A stretch of 64,000 bases of DNA from Armatimonadota bacterium (GCA_041690135.1 JAWLHY010000011.1:192001-256000), one strand, 5' to 3'; positions 8,657 through 18,756 are shown, counted from the first letter of the stretch. Notes: generated from the sequence alone by a model not told the origin. Made by a program: numbers and translations.

Positions 8657-10132
8657 ATGAGGCCCGAGAGAGGCACGCAGAAGCAGATCGAGAAGAACGC
8701 GCCGCCGCACCGCGTGGTGATCGTGGGCGGTGGGTTCGGGGGGCTGTACGCCGCCCAGCGCCTGGCCAAGGCGCCCGTGGAAGTGACCCTGGTGGACCGC
8801 CGTAATTTCCACCTGTTCCAGCCGCTGCTCTACCAGGTGGCAACGGGCGGCCTCTCTCCCGGTGACATCGCCTCGCCCCTGCGCGCCGTGCTGAACCGCC
8901 AGAAGAACACGCGGGTGCTGCAGGCGGAGGTGACCGATTTCGACCTGGAGCGCCGCCGGGTGCTGTTGAAGGACGGCGCGCTGCCGTACGACACGCTGAT
9001 CGTCGCGGCCGGGGCGCAGTCGCACTACTTCGGCCGGGAAGATTGGGCGGAGCAGGCCCCGGGCCTCAAGAGCGTGGAAGACGCGCTGGAGATCCGGCGC
9101 CGCGTGTTCCTCGCCTTCGAGGCCGCCGAACGGGAAGCCGACCCGGAAGCCCGCCGTGCCTGGCTGACCTTTGTGGTGGTCGGCGGAGGCCCAACCGGCG
9201 TGGAGCTGGCGGGAGCGGTCGCGGAGCTGGCGCACCACACCTTGAAGAATGACTTCCGCAACTTCGATCCCAGCGAGACCCGCATCATTCTCCTGGAGGG
9301 CTCCGATCGGGTGCTGCCTCCCTATCCGCAGGACCTGTCGCACAGCGCAGCGGAGGCCCTGCGCAAGCTGGGAGTCGAGGTTCGGACCGGGGTGCGCGTG
9401 ACCGAAATCGAAGGGCAGCAGGTGACCCTCCGGGCGGGCGAGCTCGTGGAAACGCTCGGCTCGCGGACCGTCCTCTGGGCGGCGGGGATGAAGGCCTCGC
9501 CCCTGGGTGCGGCGCTCGCGCAGAACCCCGGAGTGGAGCTGGACCGCGGCGGGCGCGTGATCGTAAACCCCGACCTGACGGTTCCGGGACATCCGGAAGT
9601 CTACGTCATCGGCGACCTCGCCAACTTCTCCCACCAGGGCGAGAAGCCGCTGCCCGGGGTGGCGCCCGTGGCGATCCAGCAGGGGCAGTTCGTGGCGGAG
9701 CGCCTCCGGTATGCGGGCACCGGCCGGGCCCCCAGCCGCTTCCAGTACTTCGATAAGGGCAGCATGGCGGTGATCGGCCGGAATGCGGCGGTGGCGCTGA
9801 TGGGACGACTGCGCCTGCGGGGCTTCGTGGCCTGGCTGGCGTGGATGTTCATCCACATCATGTATCTGGTCGAATTCGACAACCAGCTCCTGGTGCTTAC
9901 CCAGTGGTCTTGGAGCTACTTCACCAAGAACCGGGGCGCGCGGCTGATCACGCCGGAGAGCACGTTGGAGTTGGTGAAGCCCGAAGCCGCCGGGGCAACG
10001 CGGGCCGCCGCCGTGCCGGTCCCGGAAGCGCCTGCCGCGAACATGCCGGCAGTCGCGCGCGAGCGCGTACCGACGGCTACCATGGCCCACACGGCGACCC
10101 GGGAACCCCGGACCGCTGGCTCAGCGGCCTGA
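8657..10132 (+). CDS. ndh: Type II NADH dehydrogenase
   Basis: VVIVGGGFGG, FQPLLYQVATG, VVVGGGPTGVELAG, YVIGDLA, YFDKGSMAVIGR. Confidence 0.92.
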   Translation: MRPERGTQKQIEKNAPPHRVVIVGGGFGGLYAAQRLAKAPVEVTLVDRRNFHLFQPLLYQVATGGLSPGDIASPLRAVLNRQKNTRVLQAEVTDFDLERRRVLLKDGALPYDTLIVAAGAQSHYFGREDWAEQAPGLKSVEDALEIRRRVFLAFEAAEREADPEARRAWLTFVVVGGGPTGVELAGAVAELAHHTLKNDFRNFDPSETRIILLEGSDRVLPPYPQDLSHSAAEALRKLGVEVRTGVRVTEIEGQQVTLRAGELVETLGSRTVLWAAGMKASPLGAALAQNPGVELDRGGRVIVNPDLTVPGHPEVYVIGDLANFSHQGEKPLPGVAPVAIQQGQFVAERLRYAGTGRAPSRFQYFDKGSMAVIGRNAAVALMGRLRLRGFVAWLAWMFIHIMYLVEFDNQLLVLTQWSWSYFTKNRGARLITPESTLELVKPEAAGATRAAAVPVPEAPAANMPAVARERVPTATMAHTATREPRTAGSAA

Positions 10133-10306
10133 GTCCGGCGGCAGGAGGAGCAGCCGGTTGAAAAGTGAGCGGAACCCGCCGCGCACCTCCGGGTTGCGGC
10201 GGGGGTCCGGCGAACGCGGAGCGGACTCTGTCCTTAGAGTCCGCTCCAGGTCGGTTTCCGCCTGCTGTACGCTTTCGATCAGGCGGTCGAGCTCGTAGGT
10301 CTGCAT
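10121..10306 (-). CDS. Small hypothetical protein (61 aa), paralog of 12338-12535
   Basis: MQTYELDRLIESVQQAETDLERTL aligns with MDMHDLDRLMAIAEAADADLAENL. Confidence 0.5.
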   Translation of the reverse strand: MQTYELDRLIESVQQAETDLERTLRTESAPRSPDPRRNPEVRGGFRSLFNRLLLLPPDSGR

Positions 10307-10882
10307 CTGCTTGTTTCCCGCTCTCGTTGGGTTTGGCTTGAGTCCGGCCCACCAGCTCCCATCGTCCGGTGAGGGCCTGGTGGATTGTTCCACGAGGGGT
10401 GCGGGAGTTTGAACTGGATTTCTCCGGATTGGCTTTTGCGAGACCTGTATCAATCCACTGCGAGCAGGATTGAGTGGTCATTCCGGAAAGGTAGAGTGCA
10501 GCTTTCCAAGCCTGCTGCCGCAGGCATTGCGAGAACGGCCTGGGTACGGACCCGCCAGGGGTGAACCGGACTGTAGGGAATGCGACGCCGTTCCATTCCG
10601 AAGGTGATGAAGCCGATCCCGTTTTGCCAACTCGTGGCGGTCCTTTTCTCCCCGATGTAGAAGTAGGGAGTTGGTAGCCTTGCGGGTTGGCATTCCGTTG
10701 GTGGCCCGGAGTCCCACACGGCAGGACGGGGTACGTCCGCAGGACGTGGCAGGCATCGGAGAGCCTGCCCTGCGTCTACCGGTGCAAGGACAGAGCTCAT
10801 GCCGTTCGCCAGATGCCAATCCTGCCGCGACGCTGGGAGGGCGCGGATAAGCAGGGCATAGGTGGCAAGAGACCCAATAGTA

Positions 10883-12295
10883 TCACGAGGCCTCTAATCG
10901 CGCCTGATGCGTGATGGCGGTCCAGAGGAGCGCCGCCGCGGCCGTAGGACCGCACACGGCGAAGGCCAGGACGGCCCACTCGAACGGGGTGTGCGCCCGC
11001 TGGAGGTTGAAGGCGAGCACCTCCACCAGGGTGAGCAGGGCATCCCCACTGATCAACCCGGCAAGGATAATCGCCAGCCGCTGCCGCCACCAGAGGCACA
11101 GTGAGAACAGCCCCGCAAAAAGCAGGAGGTCGAAGACGGTCCACGCCCGCTGCACCCAGGGAGCCGGAAACCAGCGCGCCGGATCCGCGGACGCCAGGAG
11201 AAGGGTCCACGGCACCAGCAGCGCGGTGAGGGCCCGGATCCCGATATCCGGGGAGTGAACCAGCGACAGCAGCCCGAACCGGAGCAGGCCGCCCCGCGCA
11301 AAGGCCGTCAGCGTGTCGTATATGGTGAGCCACTCGCTCTGCCCGGAGGGGTAGGCCACGAAAATCGGCTCCCACCGGTGAGGCCGCAGCCGGGACTTGA
11401 AGGCGTGCAGCCCCTCGAAGTTGTAGAGTCGCGCCCCCAGGCGACGGGCGGCCCGCAGCCACCCGCTCACCCTTCCGGCGAGAGGAGCGAGACCCAGGGT
11501 CACGTAATCGCTCTCTTCCTCGGCGGCCGTCCGCATAGCGGCGTCGATCAGCAACTCGGCCGTTCCGTTCGGCGAGCGCGGCTCGCGGAGAAGGTCCTCC
11601 AGCAGCCAGCCGTTGCGGGCATAGACCGGAACCATCGCCAGGAAAGCAATTACCCGCCCCTGCTGCTCGGCCACGAAGAACCGGCGCTCCTCCGCGAAGG
11701 AGTAGGGATAAACCTGCACCAGGAACCCCATCGGCGGCAGGCGCCGGCTGCGGAGCCAGCGGTCGATGAGCCGTTCCAACTCCTGTCGCGGAGCGCTCTC
11801 CGCCTGGGCCAGCGCTTCCGGCCCAAGTCGGCGGACCGTTACACCCTTCGCCCGGGCGCGCCGGAGCTGTTCCCGCAGGCTGCGGCTCCCGCGGAGGGTA
11901 TCGTCCCACCCGGCGGGGTCCCAGATCGGCTGTTCCCCCACGAGGAGGGCCCGGGAGGCGGTCGCGCGCAGGAAGCGTCGTTCGGTGGCGAAGAAGCACG
12001 CCCGCCGCCCTGCGGACTGGGCCGCATTGATGAAACGTTCCGTCACCGCTCGGAGGTCTTCCGGCGCGGCGATGGGGGCGCCCGCCGCCACCCAGGCGCC
12101 GCCGGTGTCCGCATAGGCGACGCACGCCGCAGCTGCCGGATCGAACCAGTAGCGAAAACCGGGCTCCAGGCACTGGAACGAGGTGGCGTTCCAGCCGTAC
12201 CGCTTCAGCAGTACCAGGGCGCGCCGGCGCTCCTCATCCTGCGCGCGCGAGCCCACGGTGGCTCCGGAAGGCGGCGTCGTTGGGGCATCGGGCAT
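10883..12295 (-). CDS. DUF2156 / aminoacyl-phosphatidylglycerol synthase domain protein with C-terminal TM helices
   Basis: WVAAGAPI, PNGTAELLI, VTLGLAPL, YNFEGLHAFKSRL match the MprF/LysX synthase domain. Confidence 0.88.
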   Translation of the reverse strand: MPDAPTTPPSGATVGSRAQDEERRRALVLLKRYGWNATSFQCLEPGFRYWFDPAAAACVAYADTGGAWVAAGAPIAAPEDLRAVTERFINAAQSAGRRACFFATERRFLRATASRALLVGEQPIWDPAGWDDTLRGSRSLREQLRRARAKGVTVRRLGPEALAQAESAPRQELERLIDRWLRSRRLPPMGFLVQVYPYSFAEERRFFVAEQQGRVIAFLAMVPVYARNGWLLEDLLREPRSPNGTAELLIDAAMRTAAEEESDYVTLGLAPLAGRVSGWLRAARRLGARLYNFEGLHAFKSRLRPHRWEPIFVAYPSGQSEWLTIYDTLTAFARGGLLRFGLLSLVHSPDIGIRALTALLVPWTLLLASADPARWFPAPWVQRAWTVFDLLLFAGLFSLCLWWRQRLAIILAGLISGDALLTLVEVLAFNLQRAHTPFEWAVLAFAVCGPTAAAALLWTAITHQARLEAS

Positions 12296-12337
12296 ACCTG
12301 TAGTCTACCGCCCCACGACCGCCTCGCCAGGGGAAGA

Positions 12338-12535
12338 TTAGAAGTGGGTCCTGCCGGCGCGCCACGCCGCGAGGAGGGCCAGCGGGCGGAACACGCGCCG
12401 GAGACGTGTCTCCGGTGATCCGGCGGACGACGGTTCCGGCGCCGGAGACCGCCGCCCGGTGGTCAGGTTCTCGGCGAGGTCGGCGTCCGCCGCCTCGGCA
12501 ATCGCCATCAGCCGGTCCAGATCGTGCATGTCCAT
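12338..12535 (-). CDS. Small hypothetical protein, paralog of 10121-10306 (start uncertain, 12529-12547)
   Basis: Shared (E/D)LDRL...A(E/D)xDL motif, Pro/Ser linker and basic-hydrophobic tail. Confidence 0.5.
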   Translation of the reverse strand: MDMHDLDRLMAIAEAADADLAENLTTGRRSPAPEPSSAGSPETRLRRVFRPLALLAAWRAGRTHF

Positions 12536-12658
12536 CCGCTGCTTCATCCCCCGTGGCCGGGAGCCCGCCCTCCGGCCCGGCAGAAGAAGCATACCGGTTA
12601 GGAAGCGACCGCGGGGTCGGGAGGCTCACGGAAGGGGTGTGGGGCTTTTCACATCCAT

Positions 12659-15600
12659 TCATGCTGGGCGAAAAGTGCCGTCGCTCACCCGGAACCGGTG
12701 GGCGGTGGGGTCCATCCGGGCGAGGAGGGCGGCGTCCTCGGGGCGGCAGGTGAAGTACAGCACCTGGCAGCCCTGCGCCACGCGGGCGATGGTGGCGGCG
12801 GCGTGCTGGAGGCGCTCGTAGCCGTCGGCGTGGACCAGCACGTCGTCCATGATGATGGGCAGGGGCTCGGTGTTGGGGCTGGCGTTGTAGTCCTCGATGA
12901 AGGCGAAGCGGAGCGCGAGGTAGAGTTGCTCGGAGGTGCCGCGGCTCCAGGTGGGCAGGCCTTTGCGGGAGCCGTCCTGCTCTTCCAGCAGCAGCTCTTC
13001 CAGGCCGTTCGGCGCGACGATCCCGGCGTACCGGCCGCCGGTGAGGCTGCCCATGAAGGAGCCGGCGCGGCGGATGATCCCCGGCTGCCGCTCCTTTTCG
13101 AACCGCTGCCGGGTCGCCTCCAGCAGCGCGTGGGTGATCCGGTGGAGGGCCCACTCGTCCGCCAGGTCGCGCAGCTCCGCTTCCTTCGACCGCAGCTCGC
13201 GGAGCTTTCCGGTGAGGCGCTCGTCGCTGGCGAGCTGGGCCAGCTCGTGGCGGACCTCGGCCAGGCGGGCGGCGCCGCTCTCCACCCCGCTCCGGGCCGC
13301 TTCCCGCTCTGCCTCGGCCTGCTCGAGCTGGAGCAGCATCGTCTCCTGGTTCAGCGCGGACAGCTCGGCTTCCAGCGCCTCCCGCACGGGGCCGGGACCG
13401 GAATGCGACTCCAGCACCCGTTCCAGGCGCCGGATCTCCGTTTCCAGGCGCTGCCGCTCGGCATACTGCGAGGCGCGCACCCGGAACGCCTCTTCTTCCT
13501 CCACTTCCGCCGCTCGGAGGAGGGCCTGGAGGTCGTCCTCGACCTGCCGGAGCCGTCCCGCGAGCAACTCCAGCTCCTGCCGGGCTTCTTCTGCCTGATC
13601 GCCCAGCCGGGACCGCTCGATCGACAGCGCCGTGCTCCGGTCCAGGGCGTCCTGGAGGTCGCGCACGGAGGCGGGTAGCTCCGAAGGGCGCGGGGCGGGG
13701 CGGCCCACGCGTTGAAAGAGGGCGCTCACCCGCGCCTCGAACTGCTCCAACTGCTCGCGGGTCCGCCGCACGCGCGTCTCCAGAGCGTGGCACTCCCGGA
13801 AGCCGCCGCGGGCCTGGGTGATCTCGGCAAAGAGCCGCAGGGCCGTCTCCGGCGGAGTCCCGAGCGGGAGAGAGCGCGCCGCAAGCCACTGCTCCCACTC
13901 CGTGCGGCGAGATTGGAGCGCCTCCACGGCGGCCTCGTGGCGGCGGGCGGCCTCTTCCACGGCATCCCGGGCGGCCGACCACTCCTCGCGTCGGGCGGTT
14001 ACGACGGCCAGCCCCGCCTCATAGCGGGCGCGCAGTTCCCGGCCCGCCTGCAGTTCATGGACGAGCCCCCGCACGGCCGGGCGGTCCGGTAAGACCTGGC
14101 CGACGAACCGCTCCACCTCGGCCAGGCTCTGACGGGTCTCCTCAAGGCGACCTTGTGTCCCGGCGGCCTTGCTCCGGTGTTCCGCCAGCAGCTTGCCCAG
14201 GCGGTCCAGCTCCTGCCGCAACTCCGCGCGGACCGCCTCCGCCGCCCGCCCGTGGCGCTGGAGCAGGGCGAAGAGCCCGGCCCCGAGCAGCAGGAGAAGG
14301 AGGCCGCTGCCGGCCGCGACAGGAACGTTGTCCCGGAGGGCCCACGCCAGCAAGGCGGCGCAGGGAACCAGCACCAGCGCCCAGGTCGCGGGGATCGGGG
14401 CCTGCCACCCCTCCAGGCGGCCCTGGCTCTGCGCGCGGCTCTCCTCCAGTTCCCGTTCCCGTTCGGCGTCCCGTTCCAACAGGTCCAGGCCCCGCTGCAC
14501 CAACTCCAGGCGTTCCGCGGCCTCGTCGAGACGCCGGAGCCGTTCCGCGCCGTCCGGCAGGGCGGGAGGCTCCTGGGGAAACTCCCGCTGGAGGGCTTCC
14601 CGGGCAGCGGCGAGCAGGGCATCCCGACGGACCGCCTCCCGCTCCGCCGTCTCCTGGGCGGCACGGGTGGTCTGCACCGCTTCGACCGCGCGGGCGAGGG
14701 CGTTCTGGGCGGCGCGAATCTCGTCTTCGCGGGCGATCGAGAGGTCGAACCGGGACAGCGACTCCTCGGTCCAACCCGGACCGAGTTTCCGGAGCACCTC
14801 TTCCCCCTCCTGGGCTTTCCGGTCCCGCTCCAGTTCCAGCACGGGCAGTTCGCGCTGCCAGGCCTCGTACTCGCCCAGCAGCTCCGCCACCTCGCGCAGC
14901 TCGCCGCGGGCCTCCAGCAGCGGCTCGTCCACCGCACACGCCTCGCTTCGCTGGCGGAGGCTCTCGAGCTGCTGATGGAGAGCGGCCTTGCGCTCTTCCC
15001 GGGCACGACGGTCTTCTCGGAGCCGCTCCAGGCGAGTCAACCCCTCTTCGGGGAAGGAAGAGATGGCGGACAACTGCGCCAGGGCGGCGCGGTGCTCGGC
15101 CAGCTCGATCCACGCTTCCCACACGGCGGCGCAGGCACGGGCGTGGACCAGCCGGCGCTCCGCTTCGCGCTCCGCCGTATGCCGGTCCGCCAGCGCGGAT
15201 TCTAGCTCCGCGCGTTCCGCCTCCAGGCGGTTGTACAGCTCCAGCTCGCCCCGCAGGCGCTCGACCTCCTGGCGCAGACCGTCCCGCTCCCGCAGCGCCC
15301 CGTTCAGCCGCGGCAGGGAGGCCCGGGGGCGGAAGATAGCGTCCGCCCGGTTCGTGGTGGTATTCAGCGCCTTGAGCAGCGACCCCGCCCCCGTGCCGGT
15401 GGCCGCGGCGTAGATGCGGCTGCGGACCCCCTCCGCCTGCAGCGCGTCCAGCCCCACCATCTCCTGCAGGCTGAAGGCGAACACGTTGCTGAAGAGCTGC
15501 CGGTCCGAGCCCCGGAGCAGCAGCTCCAGGTTGACGCGGGTCGTCTCCCCGACCACCGTCACGTCGGCCGTGCCGGCGGCCCCGCCTGGCTTGCGTTCGA

Positions 15601-15850
15601 TGCGGAGCAGCCGGCCCTGCCGGTCGCGGGCCAGCGCCCACCCCCCGTGGGTGCCGCCCCGCAGCGGCTCGTACTTACGCGCGCCGCGGCCGGTCTGGAA
15701 GCCGAACAGGAGGGAGCGCAGGAACTCCACGGTGGTGGACTTCCCGGCCTCGTTCGGCCCCTCCAGGATGTTCAGTCCCGGCGAGAGCGGCCCCAGCTCG
15801 GCATCCGCGAAGATGCCGAACCCGGAAAGATGAAGGCGTTCGAAGATCAT
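12659..15850 (-). CDS. YhaN-like AAA_27/Rad50-type ATPase with long coiled coil and central TM hairpin
   Basis: MIFERLHLSGFGIF, GPNEAGKST, C-terminal SRGTSEQLYLALRFA and LPIIMDDVLV; ATG overlaps the upstream stop. Confidence 0.9.
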   Translation of the reverse strand: MIFERLHLSGFGIFADAELGPLSPGLNILEGPNEAGKSTTVEFLRSLLFGFQTGRGARKYEPLRGGTHGGWALARDRQGRLLRIERKPGGAAGTADVTVVGETTRVNLELLLRGSDRQLFSNVFAFSLQEMVGLDALQAEGVRSRIYAAATGTGAGSLLKALNTTTNRADAIFRPRASLPRLNGALRERDGLRQEVERLRGELELYNRLEAERAELESALADRHTAEREAERRLVHARACAAVWEAWIELAEHRAALAQLSAISSFPEEGLTRLERLREDRRAREERKAALHQQLESLRQRSEACAVDEPLLEARGELREVAELLGEYEAWQRELPVLELERDRKAQEGEEVLRKLGPGWTEESLSRFDLSIAREDEIRAAQNALARAVEAVQTTRAAQETAEREAVRRDALLAAAREALQREFPQEPPALPDGAERLRRLDEAAERLELVQRGLDLLERDAERERELEESRAQSQGRLEGWQAPIPATWALVLVPCAALLAWALRDNVPVAAGSGLLLLLLGAGLFALLQRHGRAAEAVRAELRQELDRLGKLLAEHRSKAAGTQGRLEETRQSLAEVERFVGQVLPDRPAVRGLVHELQAGRELRARYEAGLAVVTARREEWSAARDAVEEAARRHEAAVEALQSRRTEWEQWLAARSLPLGTPPETALRLFAEITQARGGFRECHALETRVRRTREQLEQFEARVSALFQRVGRPAPRPSELPASVRDLQDALDRSTALSIERSRLGDQAEEARQELELLAGRLRQVEDDLQALLRAAEVEEEEAFRVRASQYAERQRLETEIRRLERVLESHSGPGPVREALEAELSALNQETMLLQLEQAEAEREAARSGVESGAARLAEVRHELAQLASDERLTGKLRELRSKEAELRDLADEWALHRITHALLEATRQRFEKERQPGIIRRAGSFMGSLTGGRYAGIVAPNGLEELLLEEQDGSRKGLPTWSRGTSEQLYLALRFAFIEDYNASPNTEPLPIIMDDVLVHADGYERLQHAAATIARVAQGCQVLYFTCRPEDAALLARMDPTAHRFRVSDGTFRPA

Positions 15851-17196
15851 GCCGCGCCCTCCGGGGTCGTGGTCCGCGCGCGGGACCGCGAGGGACGTGG
15901 GGTTTCCACTGGGTCCGGTCCGGGAACACCGGCGTCCTCCGTGCCCAACAGGAGATCCGCTCCCAGCGACTCCGCCCGCTCGATCCAGGCGTCGAGTCGC
16001 TCCGCCGGGTCCGGCAGCACGTCCCGCAGTTCCCGGCGCCCGTACAGGTCTTCCAGGGCCTGCAGCAGGCTCGCGCGCTGTACGGCGTCGCTCCGCGCCT
16101 CCCGGCAGATCCGCAGGAAGTCGCCCAGGAGATCCTCGCCCTGGCGGCGCTGTTCCAGGTCGATGCCGGGACGGGTGTCCACGTCGAGACGGTCCAGCCA
16201 CACAAACGGCTCGCCCTGGACCTCTCGCTGGAACTCCCCGGCGAGGGCCTGGACGTGCTCCTCCCGCTGCAGCAGCCGGTGCAGGGGACCGCGACCGGTG
16301 AGCCGGACCCGCGCGATGACGGAGACCCCCTCCTCGGCCCGCGCTTTCTCCAGCCCGCCCGCGATCCGGTCGAGGAGGTCGTCCTCCGTGGCGAGCCCCT
16401 CGATGGAGAGAGTGAGCGTTCGCCACCGCACGTCGTCGGTCCGCACGAACTCCACGGTGGGCACCCGGTGACTGTCGACCGAAACCCGGCAGCAGCCGTG
16501 CGGGCGGCCGTCCTCCCGGGGGCTCAGCCCCTGGGGTGTGCCGGGGTAGACCACCGCCGGTTCCGCGGCCTGCAGCACCTGGAAACTGTGGACGTGCCCC
16601 AGCGCCCAGTAGTCCATCCCCACGGCGGCCAGGTCCGGCAGCGTGCAGGGCGCATAGCTCTCGTGCCCCGGCTGCACCCCCACCGTGCCGTGCAACAGAC
16701 CGATCCGGAACAGGCCCTCGTCCTCTTTGCGCGGCCGGTAATGCGGCAACAAGCTCTCCCGCACGTCGCGCTGTGGATAAGAAGTGCCGTAGACCGCCGC
16801 CACCTTCTCCCCCTGCCAGAAGAGAATCTGTGGTGCGGAGGGGCGGGCCGGAAAGACGTGGACGTTCTCCGGCCACTCCAGGCGCGCCTGCGTGCCGGAG
16901 AGATGGTCGTGGTTCCCATGAATTACGAGCGCCGGGATCTCCGCTGCATCCAGCCGACGCAGCCCGTCCCGGAACCGGAGCTGCGCCCGGAGGTTGCGGT
17001 CCGCCCCGTCGTAGACGTCGCCCGCGAACAGCACGAACGCCGCTCCGCTCTCCAGGGCCAGGTTCAGGATGTTATCGAACGCCCGGTACGTGGCGCGGTC
17101 GACCGCTTCGGCCACCTCCGGGCTGACGGACCGGAGCCCGCTGAACGGTCCGCCCAGGTGGAGATCCGCGGCGTGGATGAAAGTGAAGGGGGTCAT
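15847..17196 (-). CDS. YhaO/Mre11/SbcD-like DNA repair metallophosphoesterase
   Basis: FIHAADLHLG, FAGDVYD, IHGNHD, GLLHG, YWALGHVH, YPGTPQG. Confidence 0.92.
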   Translation of the reverse strand: MTPFTFIHAADLHLGGPFSGLRSVSPEVAEAVDRATYRAFDNILNLALESGAAFVLFAGDVYDGADRNLRAQLRFRDGLRRLDAAEIPALVIHGNHDHLSGTQARLEWPENVHVFPARPSAPQILFWQGEKVAAVYGTSYPQRDVRESLLPHYRPRKEDEGLFRIGLLHGTVGVQPGHESYAPCTLPDLAAVGMDYWALGHVHSFQVLQAAEPAVVYPGTPQGLSPREDGRPHGCCRVSVDSHRVPTVEFVRTDDVRWRTLTLSIEGLATEDDLLDRIAGGLEKARAEEGVSVIARVRLTGRGPLHRLLQREEHVQALAGEFQREVQGEPFVWLDRLDVDTRPGIDLEQRRQGEDLLGDFLRICREARSDAVQRASLLQALEDLYGRRELRDVLPDPAERLDAWIERAESLGADLLLGTEDAGVPGPDPVETPRPSRSRARTTTPEGAA

Positions 17197-17329
17197 GGGG
17201 TGTGGCGACTGATCCGCGAATTGAGCGAATGAGGCGAATTGGGGGCGGGAGCCGGCGGCCCGAGGCAGGGGGCCTTTCCTTGTGTCGGTTGGTCAGGAGG
17301 GAAACGGCAGGAGGCATGATCCGACACAC

Positions 17330-17545
17330 CGCCCCAGGGCTGAACCCTTGGGCTCCGGAAATGCACCATGCCCACCTCCGTGGGCACGTATCCCGCCTAT
17401 GGGCGGTGGCACGTTTCGAGTACTTGCGCACGCGCATCAGTCTGATCTTGTCTACCCGCCGCCGTAATGAGCGTCCGCCGTGCGCCCACGGAGGTGGGCA
17501 GCGTGCTTCTCCACATCCCGGCCGTTCAGGGCCGGGGCGGATCAC
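17330..17545. repeat. REP-like inverted pair downstream of the Y1 transposase
   Basis: CCCCAGGGCTGAACCCTTGGGCT...CCCACCTCCGTGGGC (17333-17385) and GCCCACGGAGGTGGG...CCCGGCCGTTCAGGGCCGGG (17484-17537). Confidence 0.85.
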
Positions 17546-17598
17546 GGGACGGGACGGATCACGGGCCAGCGCGGAGACAGGGGTCAGGCAACCGCATC

Positions 17599-18018
17599 CT
17601 AATCGACCTCGATCCGTTCCGCGGCCTCCCAGAGCGTGACCGCCCGGTGGTGTTCTTCCTGGTTCTCGATGTAGCGGATCACCCGACGGAGGTGACTGGG
17701 GCTCACCGTCAGGCTGCCATACCCGCCCTGCCACTTGAACCCTTCACCCACCTCCACGCGAGCCTTATTCAAAGCGCGGGACGAGGCGCCTTTGACGCCC
17801 TCCGCAAAATCGGCCACGCAGAGTGTCCGCGGAAGAGAGACCAACAGATGGACGTGATCGGCGATCCCACCCAGCGCATGAACCTCGCAGCGCAATTCCC
17901 GGCACTTACTCCGGATCAAGGCATAAGCGTGTCGCTGGATGGGGCCGGTCAACAACGGCTCCCGGTTCCAGGTCGCCCAAACGAAGTGGTAAAACAGCCT
18001 CCCGTAGCTCTGCGCCAT
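17599..18018 (-). mobile_element. tnpA: IS200/IS605-like HUH Y1 transposase, probably REP-associated (RAYT-like)
   Basis: YHFVWATWNR, HUH motif DHVHLL, KWQGGYG, catalytic YIENQEEHH; flanked by REP arrays on both sides; no tnpB. Confidence 0.9.
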
Positions 18019-18129
18019 AGCCTCTCCTTGCATCCGGCAAGTCTACAATGGTTGCCTCCTTCCCGTTCGGACAGGAGACGGGCTCCTCCTGCTACTGGAT
18101 ACCTGACATAGGGCGGGGCAATGGTCCGG

Positions 18130-18625
18130 CACACCGCCCCAGGGCTGAACCCCTGGGCTTTGGGACCGCACCGTCCCCGCACCCCCTCGGGGCGTAAACC
18201 TCCGCGGGCACGTTTTCCGCACACGCCTTGCTCAAAATCCACACGCTCGCTCACGCGCACCTGCCTATCCCAGGAATCCCATCCGCCGCCTTGAGCCTCC
18301 ACCGCGCGCCCACGGAGGCTTGCGCCCCGCGGGGGTGTGGGCAGCGTGCATTACCGGAGCCCGGCCGTTCAGGGCCGGGGCGGATCACGGGTACCCAACC
18401 CGCCCAGGGCTGAACCCCTGGGCTCCGGTACGGCACGGTCCCCGCCTCCGCGGGCACCTTCCCTCGCATCTGGGCCTCGACCACATCCGGAGGGTCTTCC
18501 ACGCGTGCCTGCGTATCCCGTGAATCCCAGCCGCTATAACGGGTACCGCCGGGCGCCTGCGCAGGCAGGGGCCGTGCTTCACCACAGCCCGGCCGTTCAG
18601 GGCCGGGGCGGATCACGGGCACCCG
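18130..18625. repeat. REP/REPIN-like array (four elements) upstream of the Y1 transposase
   Basis: Same element family as 3745-4495, in alternating orientation. Confidence 0.85.
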
Positions 18626-18756
18626 ACCCGTTCCGGGCCGGCGCGACGTGAACCGTGGCGGGTGGCTCCCGGGACGGGCTATACTACCCGCCGGGTCCCT
18701 CCCGCCCGCGACGGGAGAACCCGCCAACATCACCGACCGGAGTAGATCACCCCACC

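Noticed and set aside
10450-10819. ORFs between the small protein and the DUF2156 gene
   Set aside because: No RBS, atypical codon use and no recognisable motif; cannot support, though not excluded
15851-16876. N-terminal extension of the 1405-aa ORF
   Set aside because: Overlaps the yhaO-like gene out of frame; the real start is MIFERL at 15850
17599-18018. IS605 element with TnpB or an RNA-guided nuclease
   Set aside because: No tnpB/iscB ORF is adjacent; the flanks are REP arrays
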